From Chloroflexota bacterium (GTDB lineage Bacteria > Chloroflexota > Limnocylindria > QHBO01): 38,063 bases of DNA. Below the pieces are notes generated by a model, which worked only from the letters and a program-made list of their open reading frames with translations, was not told the DNA's origin and did not search any database. Each line of letters starts with the position of its first letter. Positions within the stretch are counted from its first letter, which is position 1. The DNA lies in assembly GCA_005879815.1 (NCBI GenBank), contig VBKA01000003.1, positions 1-38,063 on the forward strand. Direction: 5' to 3'. Below, one piece after another: positions 23,309 to 31,781 of this stretch. Position numbers and translations under genes: made by a program.

Positions 23309-23536
23309 CCTTTGACATCCGGCGTTGGCCAGCGCGAGCCCGAAATGGGCGTGGTGTGTGGAGTCAACGTTTGACCGATGGTCCGGCCCATGGCACGGTA
23401 CTTTCGGCGTAAGACGTCCTGACCCCACTGGGTCAGCTGCTCGTGACCGCATCCGGTCACGCCCGAGGCCGCGCCGCCGGCAAGTGTCCGCCGGGGCCGT
23501 GCGCAGAGCCGCTGGAATCCGCATTCGGAGAACCCA

Positions 23537-24100
23537 TTGCGACACCCGAGAGGGGTGCTTGTCGCCCTGCTCTTCGCTGCCGCTGCGCTCGTCGGCGCAT
23601 CCGTCGTCGTCGCGGCACGCACCGCAACCAGTGTGCCCACCTCCCCCGTACGAATCCTGGCCGGCGCCACGACGCCGCGAGACGCGGAGCCAGGCAAGAG
23701 CACGATGCTCTCCGCGCTTCCCACGCTCAGCCCAACCCCCACGCCCAGGCCGACGGCGGCCCCGCCGCGCACCACGACCAGCGTGCGCTCGAGGCCCGCG
23801 GCCCCGGCGCCTCGGCCGCAGGTGCGCGGCAAGGGGACGAGCTACTCGGGAACGCGAGGCTTCTACGGACAAGCTGCAGTCGCCCTGCCGGGGGCGCTTG
23901 GCGGGCGCTACACCGGACGCGTGAACGGCATGGTCACGGTGTGCGCCACCCGTTGCGCGACGCTACCGATGGTCGACTACTGCGACTGCTACTGGGGAAC
24001 CGCGGACCAGCGCGTCGCGGACCTCACGCCCGAGGCGTGGAGCCTGGTCACCGACGAACCCCTGTCGCGCGGCGTGATCACGGTGACCGTCTATCCCTGA
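23537..24100 (+). CDS. secreted protein with Pro/Thr linker and C-terminal DPBB-like (RlpA/expansin-like) domain, tentative
   Basis: TTG start with GGAG 6 nt upstream. N-terminal signal/TM segment ([21 protein letters not shown]) and a PT-rich linker. The C-terminal roughly 90 aa (GKGTSYSG...ALPGALGG...VTVCATRC...VDYCDCYWG...[11 protein letters not shown]...GVITVTVYP) resemble a double-psi beta-barrel. Confidence 0.55.
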   Translation: MRHPRGVLVALLFAAAALVGASVVVAARTATSVPTSPVRILAGATTPRDAEPGKSTMLSALPTLSPTPTPRPTAAPPRTTTSVRSRPAAPAPRPQVRGKGTSYSGTRGFYGQAAVALPGALGGRYTGRVNGMVTVCATRCATLPMVDYCDCYWGTADQRVADLTPEAWSLVTDEPLSRGVITVTVYP

Positions 24101-24106
24101 CGCGCC

Positions 24107-24577
24107 TCATTGGCACGTGACCGTGACGCTGGCGGGATGGCCCGCGACGCCGGCGATCACTGCGGAGACCGGGCTCGAGGCCCCTCCTGCGGTCTGCAGG
24201 GAGGTGGTGGCCGCGACCCCCAGCGTTTCTCCGGCGGCGTCGCGTGCGGTGAACTGGCACTTTGCTCTGCCCGCCTTGGTGCCCTCGTTGGTGACGCGAG
24301 CGGTTGCGACGACGGCGCCCTGGTCGTCGACGTGGAAACCGGCTGCATCCGCCCGGAATGGACCGATGCCGCGCATCGCCAGGCTCGCAGCGATCGCCAG
24401 CAACGCGACGCCCGCGACGATGGCGACCACGATCGTGCCGTGGTACTGCGTGGCCGAGGGTGTCGCCATACCGGCCCGGTTGCAGACGTCGCAGATCGAT
24501 TCGTCCGGACCGATTTCGCGGCCGCACTTGTAGCAGTTCCGCTGTGGGCGGGGATCGACGGTGGCAGGCGCGTTCAC
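24107..24577 (-). CDS. zinc-ribbon / single-TM / extracytoplasmic beta-rich domain protein, hypothetical
   Basis: GTG 24577 overlaps the DUF1684 stop (GTGA), with GGAGGG 6 nt upstream. CYKCGREIGPDESICDVCN forms a CxxC...CxxC zinc ribbon, followed by a TM segment (IVVAIVAGVALLAIAASLA) and a roughly 90-aa beta-rich domain. Confidence 0.55.
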   Translation of the reverse strand: MNAPATVDPRPQRNCYKCGREIGPDESICDVCNRAGMATPSATQYHGTIVVAIVAGVALLAIAASLAMRGIGPFRADAAGFHVDDQGAVVATARVTNEGTKAGRAKCQFTARDAAGETLGVAATTSLQTAGGASSPVSAVIAGVAGHPASVTVTCQ

Positions 24578-25200
24578 GTGTGGCCCTCCGCCAGTCGCTC
24601 GCCCGCGCGGATCGGGACGGTGAGCCGATTCTCCGGAGGGGCGAGTGGACAGCTCCAGCGCGGGTCGTAGACGCACGATGGGTGGTAGGCGTAGTTGAAG
24701 TCGAGAACCAGCTCGTCGCCGGATGAGCCAAGGTCGGCGCCCTTGGCCGAGTCCCATAGATAGCGTCCGGCCCCGTACGATTCGCCGCCGCTGGTTGCAT
24801 CCCGGAACGGGATGAAGATCCCTCCGGCGTAGTCATTCAGCCAGAAGACCGCCAGCCGGCAGCCGGTTCCGTCCACCGCGAAGGCGACCCACCCGATGCG
24901 GCTGTACGGGAACGAGGCTCCTTCACCGGAACGCGGAAGGTCGAGAGGCGGTGCGTCGGGATCCGGCTCGAGTCGTGCGGTGAAGCGCAGCGCAGGATCG
25001 TGTGGCCAGTACGGGACGCCGGCGAAGGATCCACGCTCGTCGGCGGGGACCGGTGAGGATGGGTGCTCGACGAAGAGCTGGTTCCTCGCGGCGCGAAAGG
25101 CCTCGAGGCGCTCAGGATCGGGGCGCGCGTCGGAGCGAAGGGCGTCGTACAGGGCGGCGACGCGACGTCGCCAATCGGCGAGATCGAGATAGTCGGACAT
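24574..25200 (-). CDS. DUF1684-domain protein
   Basis: 208 aa from ATG 25200 (MSDYLDLADWRRRV...). Conserved DUF1684-type C-terminal pattern: FRDATSGGESYGAGRYL...VLDFNYAYHPSCVYDPRWSCPLAPPENRL. Confidence 0.75.
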   Translation of the reverse strand: MSDYLDLADWRRRVAALYDALRSDARPDPERLEAFRAARNQLFVEHPSSPVPADERGSFAGVPYWPHDPALRFTARLEPDPDAPPLDLPRSGEGASFPYSRIGWVAFAVDGTGCRLAVFWLNDYAGGIFIPFRDATSGGESYGAGRYLWDSAKGADLGSSGDELVLDFNYAYHPSCVYDPRWSCPLAPPENRLTVPIRAGERLAEGHT

Positions 25201-25202
25201 CC

Positions 25203-25246
25203 AACACAAAGGATAGGGGTGGGCGCCCGAGCCGGGTGCCCACCCC
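25203..25246 (-). terminator. candidate intrinsic terminator after the Opu substrate-binding-protein gene
   Basis: GGGGTGGGCGCCC-gagcc-GGGTGCCCACCCC (25216-25246) forms a GC-rich 13-position stem. In the minus-strand RNA it has one C.A mismatch. It starts 29 nt after the stop at 25276 and is followed on the minus strand by UAUCCUUUGUGUU. Confidence 0.5.
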
Positions 25247-25275
25247 ATCGGTCCACGAAGCTGCCGGACCTAGAC

Positions 25276-26202
25276 CTAGATCAGGCTGTTGTCCTTCAGG
25301 AACTGCTTGGCCACGTCGGCGAGGCGCTCCTTGTTGACGTCTACCTTCACGCCCATCTGGGTGAGCGCCTCGGTCGTCAGCTTGGCGGACACGGCGTTCA
25401 GCGTATCGGTCAGGGCCGATCCACCTGCGGCCGCCAGGTCCTTGCGGAGCACCGGGACCATGTTGTCCGCGCTCTGCGACTGCTTGTCGTCCTGCAGCAA
25501 TACGAAGTTGAAGCGCGCGATGTCGGGCTGCGTGGTGCACAGCTCGGCGACGTCGATCTTCGCGGTGCTCAGGGCCCCCGCCATCACGGCGCTGCACGGC
25601 GCGAGCTTCACCCACTGGAACCCGCTCGCGTTGATGTCGACGCCGTAGGCGCTCTTGAGCGCGTTTCCGCAGGACGGGTTGGTCTTGCACTCAGGCGGCA
25701 GGCCCCACTTCAGCTGGGTCGCCACCTTGCCGGCATCAGTCAGCGTCTTGAGCGAGAACTTGTCCGCCGTCTCCTTCCGCACCGCAAAGCCATTCTGGTC
25801 GGCGCCAGGCGCGTAGTGCAGCGCGGTCAGGCCGAGGGGATCGAGCGCCGCCTTGAGCGCGTCGAAGGTGGCCTGCGGATCGCCGGTAGCGTTCGCCTTC
25901 AGCTCGCGCGCCTCGGAGCCGATGTATTCGGGCATCAGGTTGAGCTGCCCGCTCTTGAGCGCCGCGTTCGTCAAGGCCCGCTTGCCGAGGTTGAGCTTTC
26001 GGTCGACGGTGAAGCCCTTGGCCTCCAGGGCCTGCGCGTAGATCTCGCCCACGAGGGCGGACTCGTAGAAGTCGGCCGAGCCTACGGTGACCTTCGGCTT
26101 GCTGGCCGAGGCGCTGGGACTGCTGCCCCCTCCCGTCGAGCACGCGCTGACGATCAGCGCGAGCACCGACGCCCCAAGGGCGAGCATGCGGAACCTCCGC
26201 AT
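25276..26202 (-). CDS. osmoprotectant (glycine betaine/choline/carnitine-type) ABC transporter substrate-binding lipoprotein, OpuAC/OpuBC family
   Basis: Lipobox LIVSAC followed by a Gly/Ser linker. KVTVGSADFYESALVGEIYAQALEAKGF...LMPEYIG is the typical OpuBC/OpuCC signature. GGAAGGAGG is the Shine-Dalgarno sequence. Confidence 0.9.
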   Translation of the reverse strand: MRRFRMLALGASVLALIVSACSTGGGSSPSASASKPKVTVGSADFYESALVGEIYAQALEAKGFTVDRKLNLGKRALTNAALKSGQLNLMPEYIGSEARELKANATGDPQATFDALKAALDPLGLTALHYAPGADQNGFAVRKETADKFSLKTLTDAGKVATQLKWGLPPECKTNPSCGNALKSAYGVDINASGFQWVKLAPCSAVMAGALSTAKIDVAELCTTQPDIARFNFVLLQDDKQSQSADNMVPVLRKDLAAAGGSALTDTLNAVSAKLTTEALTQMGVKVDVNKERLADVAKQFLKDNSLI

Positions 26203-26344
26203 TGGGTCCTCCTTCCGGTGGTGTGGGGTGCGCCGCAGCGATGCGCGGCGATAGGTGGCGGAGTGTAGCAGCCGGACAGTGACGCCCCGCTGTCAGGTAT
26301 ATGGCGCCGGTTACGGGTGGTCTCGTCGCCGGCCCGATCGTTTG

Positions 26345-27061
26345 TCAGACGTCGGCTGCCGACCCGCGAGCAGCCTGGACTCGGCCGCGAAGGCCGGGTG
26401 AGATGGCGATGCGCTGGAGCCCTGCGAAGGCCAGCTCGGTGGCGATCGCCAGGATCGCCACCAGCACGGCACCCATGAAGAGCTGAGCGTCGTCCTGCTG
26501 GGCGATGCCATCGATGATCAGGCGTCCCAATCCACCCGCCCCCAACACCGCCGCCAGGGTGGCGGTGGCGACCACCTGAACCGCGGAGATGCGCAGACCT
26601 GCAAGGACCGAGGGCAGGGCGAGCGGCACCTCGACCAGGCGCAGCAGCTGGAGCTCGCGCATGCCCATGCCGCGCCCCGCCTCGACAGCCTCCGGGTCGA
26701 CCTGCCGCAGCCCGGCATAGGTGTTCGTGACGATGGGCGGGATGGCGAGGGCCACCAGCGCGACGATGCTTGGAATGAGGTCGAAGCCGTACGGCTCGAT
26801 GTTCGCGGTGAGCGGCAGGACGATCCCGATCACGCCCAGCGTTGGGAGCGCCTGGCCGATGTTTGCCGCGCGGATGACGCCCGCCGCTCCCCTGCCGGTG
26901 TGCCCGATCCACAGGCCGATCGGCAACGCGATGGCGATCGCCAACCCAAGGCAGGCGCCCGAGAGCGCGACATGCTCGAGCAGGCGCGTGACCATCCCAT
27001 CCGGCCCCGTCCAGTGGGTCGGGTCAGCCAGCCAGGCGCCGAGCTCGTCGATGAGCGTCAT
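26345..27061 (-). CDS. osmoprotectant ABC transporter permease (BPD_transp_1 family)
   Basis: About 6-TM permease with an EAA-like loop (EAGRGMGMRELQLLRLVEVPLALP). ATG 27061 overlaps the upstream permease stop (ATGA). Confidence 0.9.
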   Translation of the reverse strand: MTLIDELGAWLADPTHWTGPDGMVTRLLEHVALSGACLGLAIAIALPIGLWIGHTGRGAAGVIRAANIGQALPTLGVIGIVLPLTANIEPYGFDLIPSIVALVALAIPPIVTNTYAGLRQVDPEAVEAGRGMGMRELQLLRLVEVPLALPSVLAGLRISAVQVVATATLAAVLGAGGLGRLIIDGIAQQDDAQLFMGAVLVAILAIATELAFAGLQRIAISPGLRGRVQAARGSAADV

Positions 27062-27726
27062 GCCGTCCCTCCCCGAGCGCTGGACCACGGCGTCAGGCGG
27101 CGCTGCGCAGCAAGGAGCAGCGCGTCGGCGGCCACGGCCAGCGCCACCGACAGCAGCGCGCCCACGTAGATCGCGGTGGGGAAGAAGGCGTTGATGCCGG
27201 CGACCACAATCAGGTAGCCGAGGCCGCCCTGACCGATGAGCGAGGTCACCGTGACGAGACCGATGGTGGTGACCGTGGCGATGCGCAGCCCGGCGACGAT
27301 GATCGGCAGGGCGATGGGCAGCTCGACGCGCCAGAGGCGCTGCCGGCTGGTGTACCCCATGCCATCCGCTGCCTCGAGGACGTCGGGGGGCACGCTCTCG
27401 AGCCCCAGCAGGATGTTGCGGACCAGGATCAGCAACGTGTAGCTGACGAGGGCGATCTCCGCCGTCACGAAGCTGATGCCGGTGAAGGGGATCAGGAAGG
27501 CGAAGAGCGCCAGGCTGGGGACGGCGTACAGGATGCCGGCCGCGCCGATCACCGCCGTGGTGAGCGCTCGGTGGCGCCGGATCATCAGCGCCAGGGCGAA
27601 GGAGATCACGAAGCCGACCCCGACCGCGGTCGCGGTCATGCCCAGGTGCTCGCCCAGCCGCTCCCCAATGACGTCCAGGTTGTTGACGACCCAGTCGGGC
27701 CGCAGCAGTGGCTCACCCGGTGGCAT
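27058..27726 (-). CDS. osmoprotectant ABC transporter permease (BPD_transp_1 family)
   Basis: Permease with an EAA-like loop (EAADGMGYTSRQRLWRVELPIALP). ATG 27726 overlaps the ATPase gene 3' end by 14 nt. Confidence 0.9.
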   Translation of the reverse strand: MPPGEPLLRPDWVVNNLDVIGERLGEHLGMTATAVGVGFVISFALALMIRRHRALTTAVIGAAGILYAVPSLALFAFLIPFTGISFVTAEIALVSYTLLILVRNILLGLESVPPDVLEAADGMGYTSRQRLWRVELPIALPIIVAGLRIATVTTIGLVTVTSLIGQGGLGYLIVVAGINAFFPTAIYVGALLSVALAVAADALLLAAQRRLTPWSSARGGTA

Positions 27727-28933
27727 CGGTCTTCCCGGGAAGGTTGCCGCTCTGCAGCACCTCGCTGATCTGGTCGACACTGATCAGCCCGACCACCCGT
27801 TCGTCCTCGTCGACCACTGCCCCGAGCTGGACTGAGGAGGCGAGCATCGCCGACAGGGCGTCACGCAGCGTTGTCTCCGGCTCGATCAGGCTGGCACCTG
27901 GTGTCGCCCGCTCCGGGTCGATCGGGCCCTGACCGTCGACGTCGGTCGCGCGGATCCAGCCAAGCGGCCGCCCATGCTCGTCCGCGAGCAGCGCGAAGTC
28001 GACCGCCGACGCCTGGAGCTCGCGGCGCGCATCGGTCCGGTCGGTTCCTGCCGTGACCAGGACCGGCCTGATCAGCTCGAGGTCCCGCACGCGAGCCAGC
28101 GAGAGGCGCTTGAGCCCGCGGTCGGCCCCCACGAAGCGCTCCACGAACTCATTGGCGGGATGCGACAGGATCGCGTCGGGGGTGTCGTACTGGGCCAGGA
28201 TCCCGCCGCGCTGCAGGATCGCGATGCGGTCGGCCATCTTGATCGCCTCGTCCACGTCGTGGGTCACGAATACGATCGTCTTGCGCACCCGTGACTGGAG
28301 GCGCAGGAACTCGTTCTGCAGGCGGTCGCGGCGGATGGGGTCGACCGCCCCGAAGGGCTCGTCCATGAGCATCACCGGCGGGTCGGCTGCCAACGCGCGC
28401 GCGACGCCGACGCGCTGGCGCTCGCCGCCGGACAGCTCCGACGGATAGCGGTCCCGGTAGGCCGCGGCCTCGAGACCCACCAGATCCAGGAGCTCCTCCA
28501 CGCGCTCGCGGATCCGAGCCTGCGGCCAGCGCAGCAGTCGCGGCACCACCCCGGTGTTCTCACCGACGGTCATGTGCGGGAAGAGGCCCACCTGCTGGAT
28601 CACGTATCCGATCCGCCTGCGGAGGTCGACCGGCGACAGCTGCATCACGTCACGGCCGTCGATCGTCAGCCGGCCCGAGGTTGGTTCCACGAGCCGGTTG
28701 ATCATCTTCATGGTCGTCGTCTTGCCGCACCCCGAGGGCCCCACCAGGACGCAGACCTCGCCGGCCGGGATGGTCAGGCTCAGCTCGTTCACGGCCGGCG
28801 AACTGCCCGGCGGGCCGTAACGCTTCGTGACGTGGTCGAGCTCGACCACCGCGCCCGTCGTCGACGGCGGCGGATTACTGGGCTGGCCGCGCGCCGCGAC
28901 GGGGGAACGGTCGTCCGGCGCCGCGGTCGTCAT
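27713..28933 (-). CDS. osmoprotectant ABC transporter ATP-binding protein with C-terminal tandem CBS domains (OpuCA/OpuBA type)
   Basis: Walker A GPSGCGKTT, signature LSGGERQRVGVARAL, Walker B VMLMDEPFGAVD, then two CBS-like repeats. Start at ATG 28933 (MTTAAPDD...), overlapping the upstream gene stop as ATGA. The 809-aa track ORF is an out-of-context extension. Confidence 0.9.
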   Translation of the reverse strand: MTTAAPDDRSPVAARGQPSNPPPSTTGAVVELDHVTKRYGPPGSSPAVNELSLTIPAGEVCVLVGPSGCGKTTTMKMINRLVEPTSGRLTIDGRDVMQLSPVDLRRRIGYVIQQVGLFPHMTVGENTGVVPRLLRWPQARIRERVEELLDLVGLEAAAYRDRYPSELSGGERQRVGVARALAADPPVMLMDEPFGAVDPIRRDRLQNEFLRLQSRVRKTIVFVTHDVDEAIKMADRIAILQRGGILAQYDTPDAILSHPANEFVERFVGADRGLKRLSLARVRDLELIRPVLVTAGTDRTDARRELQASAVDFALLADEHGRPLGWIRATDVDGQGPIDPERATPGASLIEPETTLRDALSAMLASSVQLGAVVDEDERVVGLISVDQISEVLQSGNLPGKTDATG

Positions 28934-31056
28934 GGACCGGATGATACGGATGCGACGGCTGACGCGGCGGCGGACGCGCCTGTGCCTGGGGAGGCGGTAA
29001 TGGCGGTCAAGCGGTATATGGTCAGCGATGGGTTCGAATACACGCGGATGAAGCCTGGCGCCTGTGCGAAGTTGACCGGTTGCTCGCAGGGTGTCGGCCG
29101 CCCGCCGTCGATCAGGTAGTCGGCGTGCAGCTCCGCCATGAGTGCAGCGGACCGTCTCGGATCGCCTCCGCAGTAGATCGTCTCGAGCGTCGCCCCCCGC
29201 TGGTCGGGCTTGTAGCCGAGGTTCGCGACGTACGGCCCAAAGGAGGTCAATCGCAGGCGACCGGCTGGATCGGTGGGCGAGTTGAGCCAGCCGTCCGTGG
29301 CGAAGATGGCATTCCCAGGCGTCGTGGCGGCGATCCAGTTGGCGGCCGCCAGCTGGTCCGCGGAGAGCACCTGCTCGCGGTTGAACGCCGTCCAGGCACT
29401 GACCAGCAGGGGTGAGGGCACCGCCAGCGTGAACACCACCGCGAGGGCCGGGAGCGGCCATCGGCGCATCAGCCATCCAGCCAGCAACGCCGACGCGATG
29501 GCCATCGCCTGGAAGTACTTGTTCATGTCGAAGCCGATGACGCTGACCTGCACCACGTTGGGAATCACGAACAGCGCGATCGCCCAGGCGCCGAGGAACC
29601 AACGCGCCGGCGTGCGGGGCACGAGGAGCGCTGCGGCGGCGAGCACGACCGGAAGGCCAAGGTTGGTCACGTAGAAGAAGGCGACGGCCGCGGGTCCGTC
29701 GGCGAACGGGGCGGACTCCCAGCCCGGGACCAGGCGCAGCGCGCCCGAGCCGCTCGCCTGTGTGAGCGGCGCGACCGCGAACGGCAGGCTGACGAGGTAC
29801 GGGGCCAGGAAGAGGGCGGCGTTTCGCGGCGTGTCCCGATCGAGGAGGCGCCCGCCACAGGCCGCCCAAAGGAACGCCAGCAGCAGGCCCGCGGGGAAGA
29901 AGAAGAAGTGGAAGGGCGCCAGCATGGCACCCAGTAGTCCCGCCAGACTGATGAGCATCGGCCGGTCGCGCCAGCCGGCCCGACGCCGACGCGCCGTCGG
30001 GAGGCCGGCGACGAGCAGCAGCATCACCCCGGCGAGCATGGGCAGCCCCGCGGTCGTCGCGCGATGGACGAGAAGGCCCGTTCCCATCACCGAAGGGATC
30101 CGAAAGTAGGGCCAGGTCACGCGGCCCACCGGGTCGTACCACCCGTTGTCGTAGCTGTTGTGCGCGACCAGCGCGATGGGGTTGCCCAGGCCGGCCGTCA
30201 CGTCGCCAACCAACCGAATCCAGCCGAAGCCTCCGGCGAAGATGACGAGCCCCGCGGCGATCAGGGCGGCTCGCCGCGCGTCCTCACGCCGGAACAGCGC
30301 CCGTCCGAGGCCGTGGACGATGAGCGCGAGCGCCCCGGCCAGAACCGCGGACGAGGCGATGAACGCCGGGATGGCGAAGATGCCCGCCGCGCGCGCCGCG
30401 ATCGCCGCGTGGAAGTCCGCGAACCAGTGATAGATGAGCGGGACGCCCGCGAAATAGGGGACCTGCGGCGGGAAGTTGCCGGCGTTCAGGCTCTGGGCGA
30501 TCGACAGGTGGACGCCGAGGTCGCTCCAGTTCGATCCGCCACTGTCGACTCCCGCCGGGGTCACGTGCCAGAGACCGTTGGCCAGGACGCCGCCCACGAA
30601 GGCCGCGGCGATGAAGGCGAGCGCGAAGGCGCCGCGATTTCGCGCCATGGCGTTCGCGCCCGCGATCAGCTGCCGTCGCAACCCGGTGACACCGCCACCC
30701 GTAGCCGCAGCGATGGGAATGGGAGCAGCGAGCAGCGCGGCGGCCAGGAAGATCGTCTCGCGCCGATAGCCCAGCGCCAGTGAGAGCCAGTACACGAGGT
30801 GCGCGCTGATGGCCACCGACAGGACGATGGCCAGCCCCAGCCTGGCCGGCGCCTCCAGACGAGGCCGCGCCAGCGCGATGAGCCCCCAGCCGGGCACCAC
30901 GAACAGGATCGGCCAGACGACCACGATCGCCAGGGGTGGGATGAGATAGGCCGCGGACAGGCCAGCCAGGACGGCAAAAGCCGTCGGCGTGGCGGTGCGC
31001 AGGGGATGTTCGGCGGGTCGCGCGAGGGCGGCTGTGGCCGCGCTCGGCGAGGTCAC
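28930..31056 (-). CDS. large polytopic membrane protein, GT-C-like (putative glycosyltransferase), family uncertain
   Basis: 708 aa with more than 14 TM segments. It has a conserved-looking first extracytoplasmic loop (SNWSDLGVHLSIAQSLNAGNFPPQVPYFAGVPLIYHWFADFH) and a soluble C-terminal domain of about 130 aa. The GTG start abuts the NERD-like gene stop, and its own stop overlaps the ABC ATPase start. Confidence 0.65.
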   Translation of the reverse strand: MTSPSAATAALARPAEHPLRTATPTAFAVLAGLSAAYLIPPLAIVVVWPILFVVPGWGLIALARPRLEAPARLGLAIVLSVAISAHLVYWLSLALGYRRETIFLAAALLAAPIPIAAATGGGVTGLRRQLIAGANAMARNRGAFALAFIAAAFVGGVLANGLWHVTPAGVDSGGSNWSDLGVHLSIAQSLNAGNFPPQVPYFAGVPLIYHWFADFHAAIAARAAGIFAIPAFIASSAVLAGALALIVHGLGRALFRREDARRAALIAAGLVIFAGGFGWIRLVGDVTAGLGNPIALVAHNSYDNGWYDPVGRVTWPYFRIPSVMGTGLLVHRATTAGLPMLAGVMLLLVAGLPTARRRRAGWRDRPMLISLAGLLGAMLAPFHFFFFPAGLLLAFLWAACGGRLLDRDTPRNAALFLAPYLVSLPFAVAPLTQASGSGALRLVPGWESAPFADGPAAVAFFYVTNLGLPVVLAAAALLVPRTPARWFLGAWAIALFVIPNVVQVSVIGFDMNKYFQAMAIASALLAGWLMRRWPLPALAVVFTLAVPSPLLVSAWTAFNREQVLSADQLAAANWIAATTPGNAIFATDGWLNSPTDPAGRLRLTSFGPYVANLGYKPDQRGATLETIYCGGDPRRSAALMAELHADYLIDGGRPTPCEQPVNFAQAPGFIRVYSNPSLTIYRLTAITASPGTGASAAASAVASVSSGP

Positions 31057-31629
31057 TTAGCCCTGGGGCGTGGACGGCGCGAGGCGGGGGAGAGGCTGGC
31101 GCGGGTCGAGCAGCGCCACGATGCGGTCGACCTGACTGTCGGAGAGCACCTCGTCGCGAGTCATGCGCCGCGCGAGCTTTGCGAGCTCGGCGTGCACGTG
31201 GACGCCGGGACGCTGGTCCGGCTCCCAGGTGACATCGGTTCCATCCTGGGCGATCAGGCAGGCCTCGACGGCCGGGGGCTGCCCCGCACGCTCGAGGAAT
31301 AGCTCCAGTCGATGCCCCGACAACCGTGCGACGGTGATCGGCACCGCGTCCCACGGGATCCACGACTCGGTCGATCCGTTCCATCGGTACCAATGCCCGT
31401 TGCGCTTCCTGAACCGCCCGCGCTCGTGGGCAACGGTCAGCGCCCAGGTGCCTCCCGGACCGACGACCACCGCATCGATTGGGTCGATTCCCGGCGGTGA
31501 CGGGTGTCGCACGTAGTGGTAGGCGTGATCCAGGCGACGACCGAGCCCTGCCGCGACCCGGTCAGGGGTCAGCGCGGGCAGACCGCGAAACCCAAAGCGG
31601 GAGTGTGATGCCGGAGTGTGGAGAATCAT
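31057..31629 (-). CDS. NERD-like (nuclease-related domain) protein, hypothetical
   Basis: IDAVVVGPGGTWALTVAHERGRFRKRNGHWYRW resembles the NERD core (IDhlvIgp.GvfvIE.Kn..G.......W). The E.K positions read T.A here. This is the first gene of the tightly packed minus-strand operon. Confidence 0.5.
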   Translation of the reverse strand: MILHTPASHSRFGFRGLPALTPDRVAAGLGRRLDHAYHYVRHPSPPGIDPIDAVVVGPGGTWALTVAHERGRFRKRNGHWYRWNGSTESWIPWDAVPITVARLSGHRLELFLERAGQPPAVEACLIAQDGTDVTWEPDQRPGVHVHAELAKLARRMTRDEVLSDSQVDRIVALLDPRQPLPRLAPSTPQG

Positions 31630-31781
31630 CGGTCCCGAATGGTGCCCCTGGCAGCGGAGGTCAAGAATAGCGCGACCCTATTCAGGCGCCTAGATGATGG
31701 GCCGTTCAATGGCTCGTTCGTTCACACGGCATGGACCGATGGTGGGGAAGGAGAGTGGGCGGCTGCTAGCATCCCGAGGCG

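Noticed and set aside
26203-26344. The 142-bp spacer inside the Opu operon, before the substrate-binding-protein gene, with imperfect hairpins.
   Set aside because: The stems are bulged or only 5 bp long, and there is no U-tract. It may hold an internal promoter or a processing site, but nothing is definable from sequence alone.
28934-30142. The N-terminal roughly 400-aa extension of the 809-aa track ORF 27713-30142, which would make a giant ABC ATPase.
   Set aside because: The extension is Arg/Pro-rich and overlaps the GT-C-like gene in another frame. The ATPase domain begins cleanly at ATG 28933, which forms an ATGA overlap with the upstream stop.
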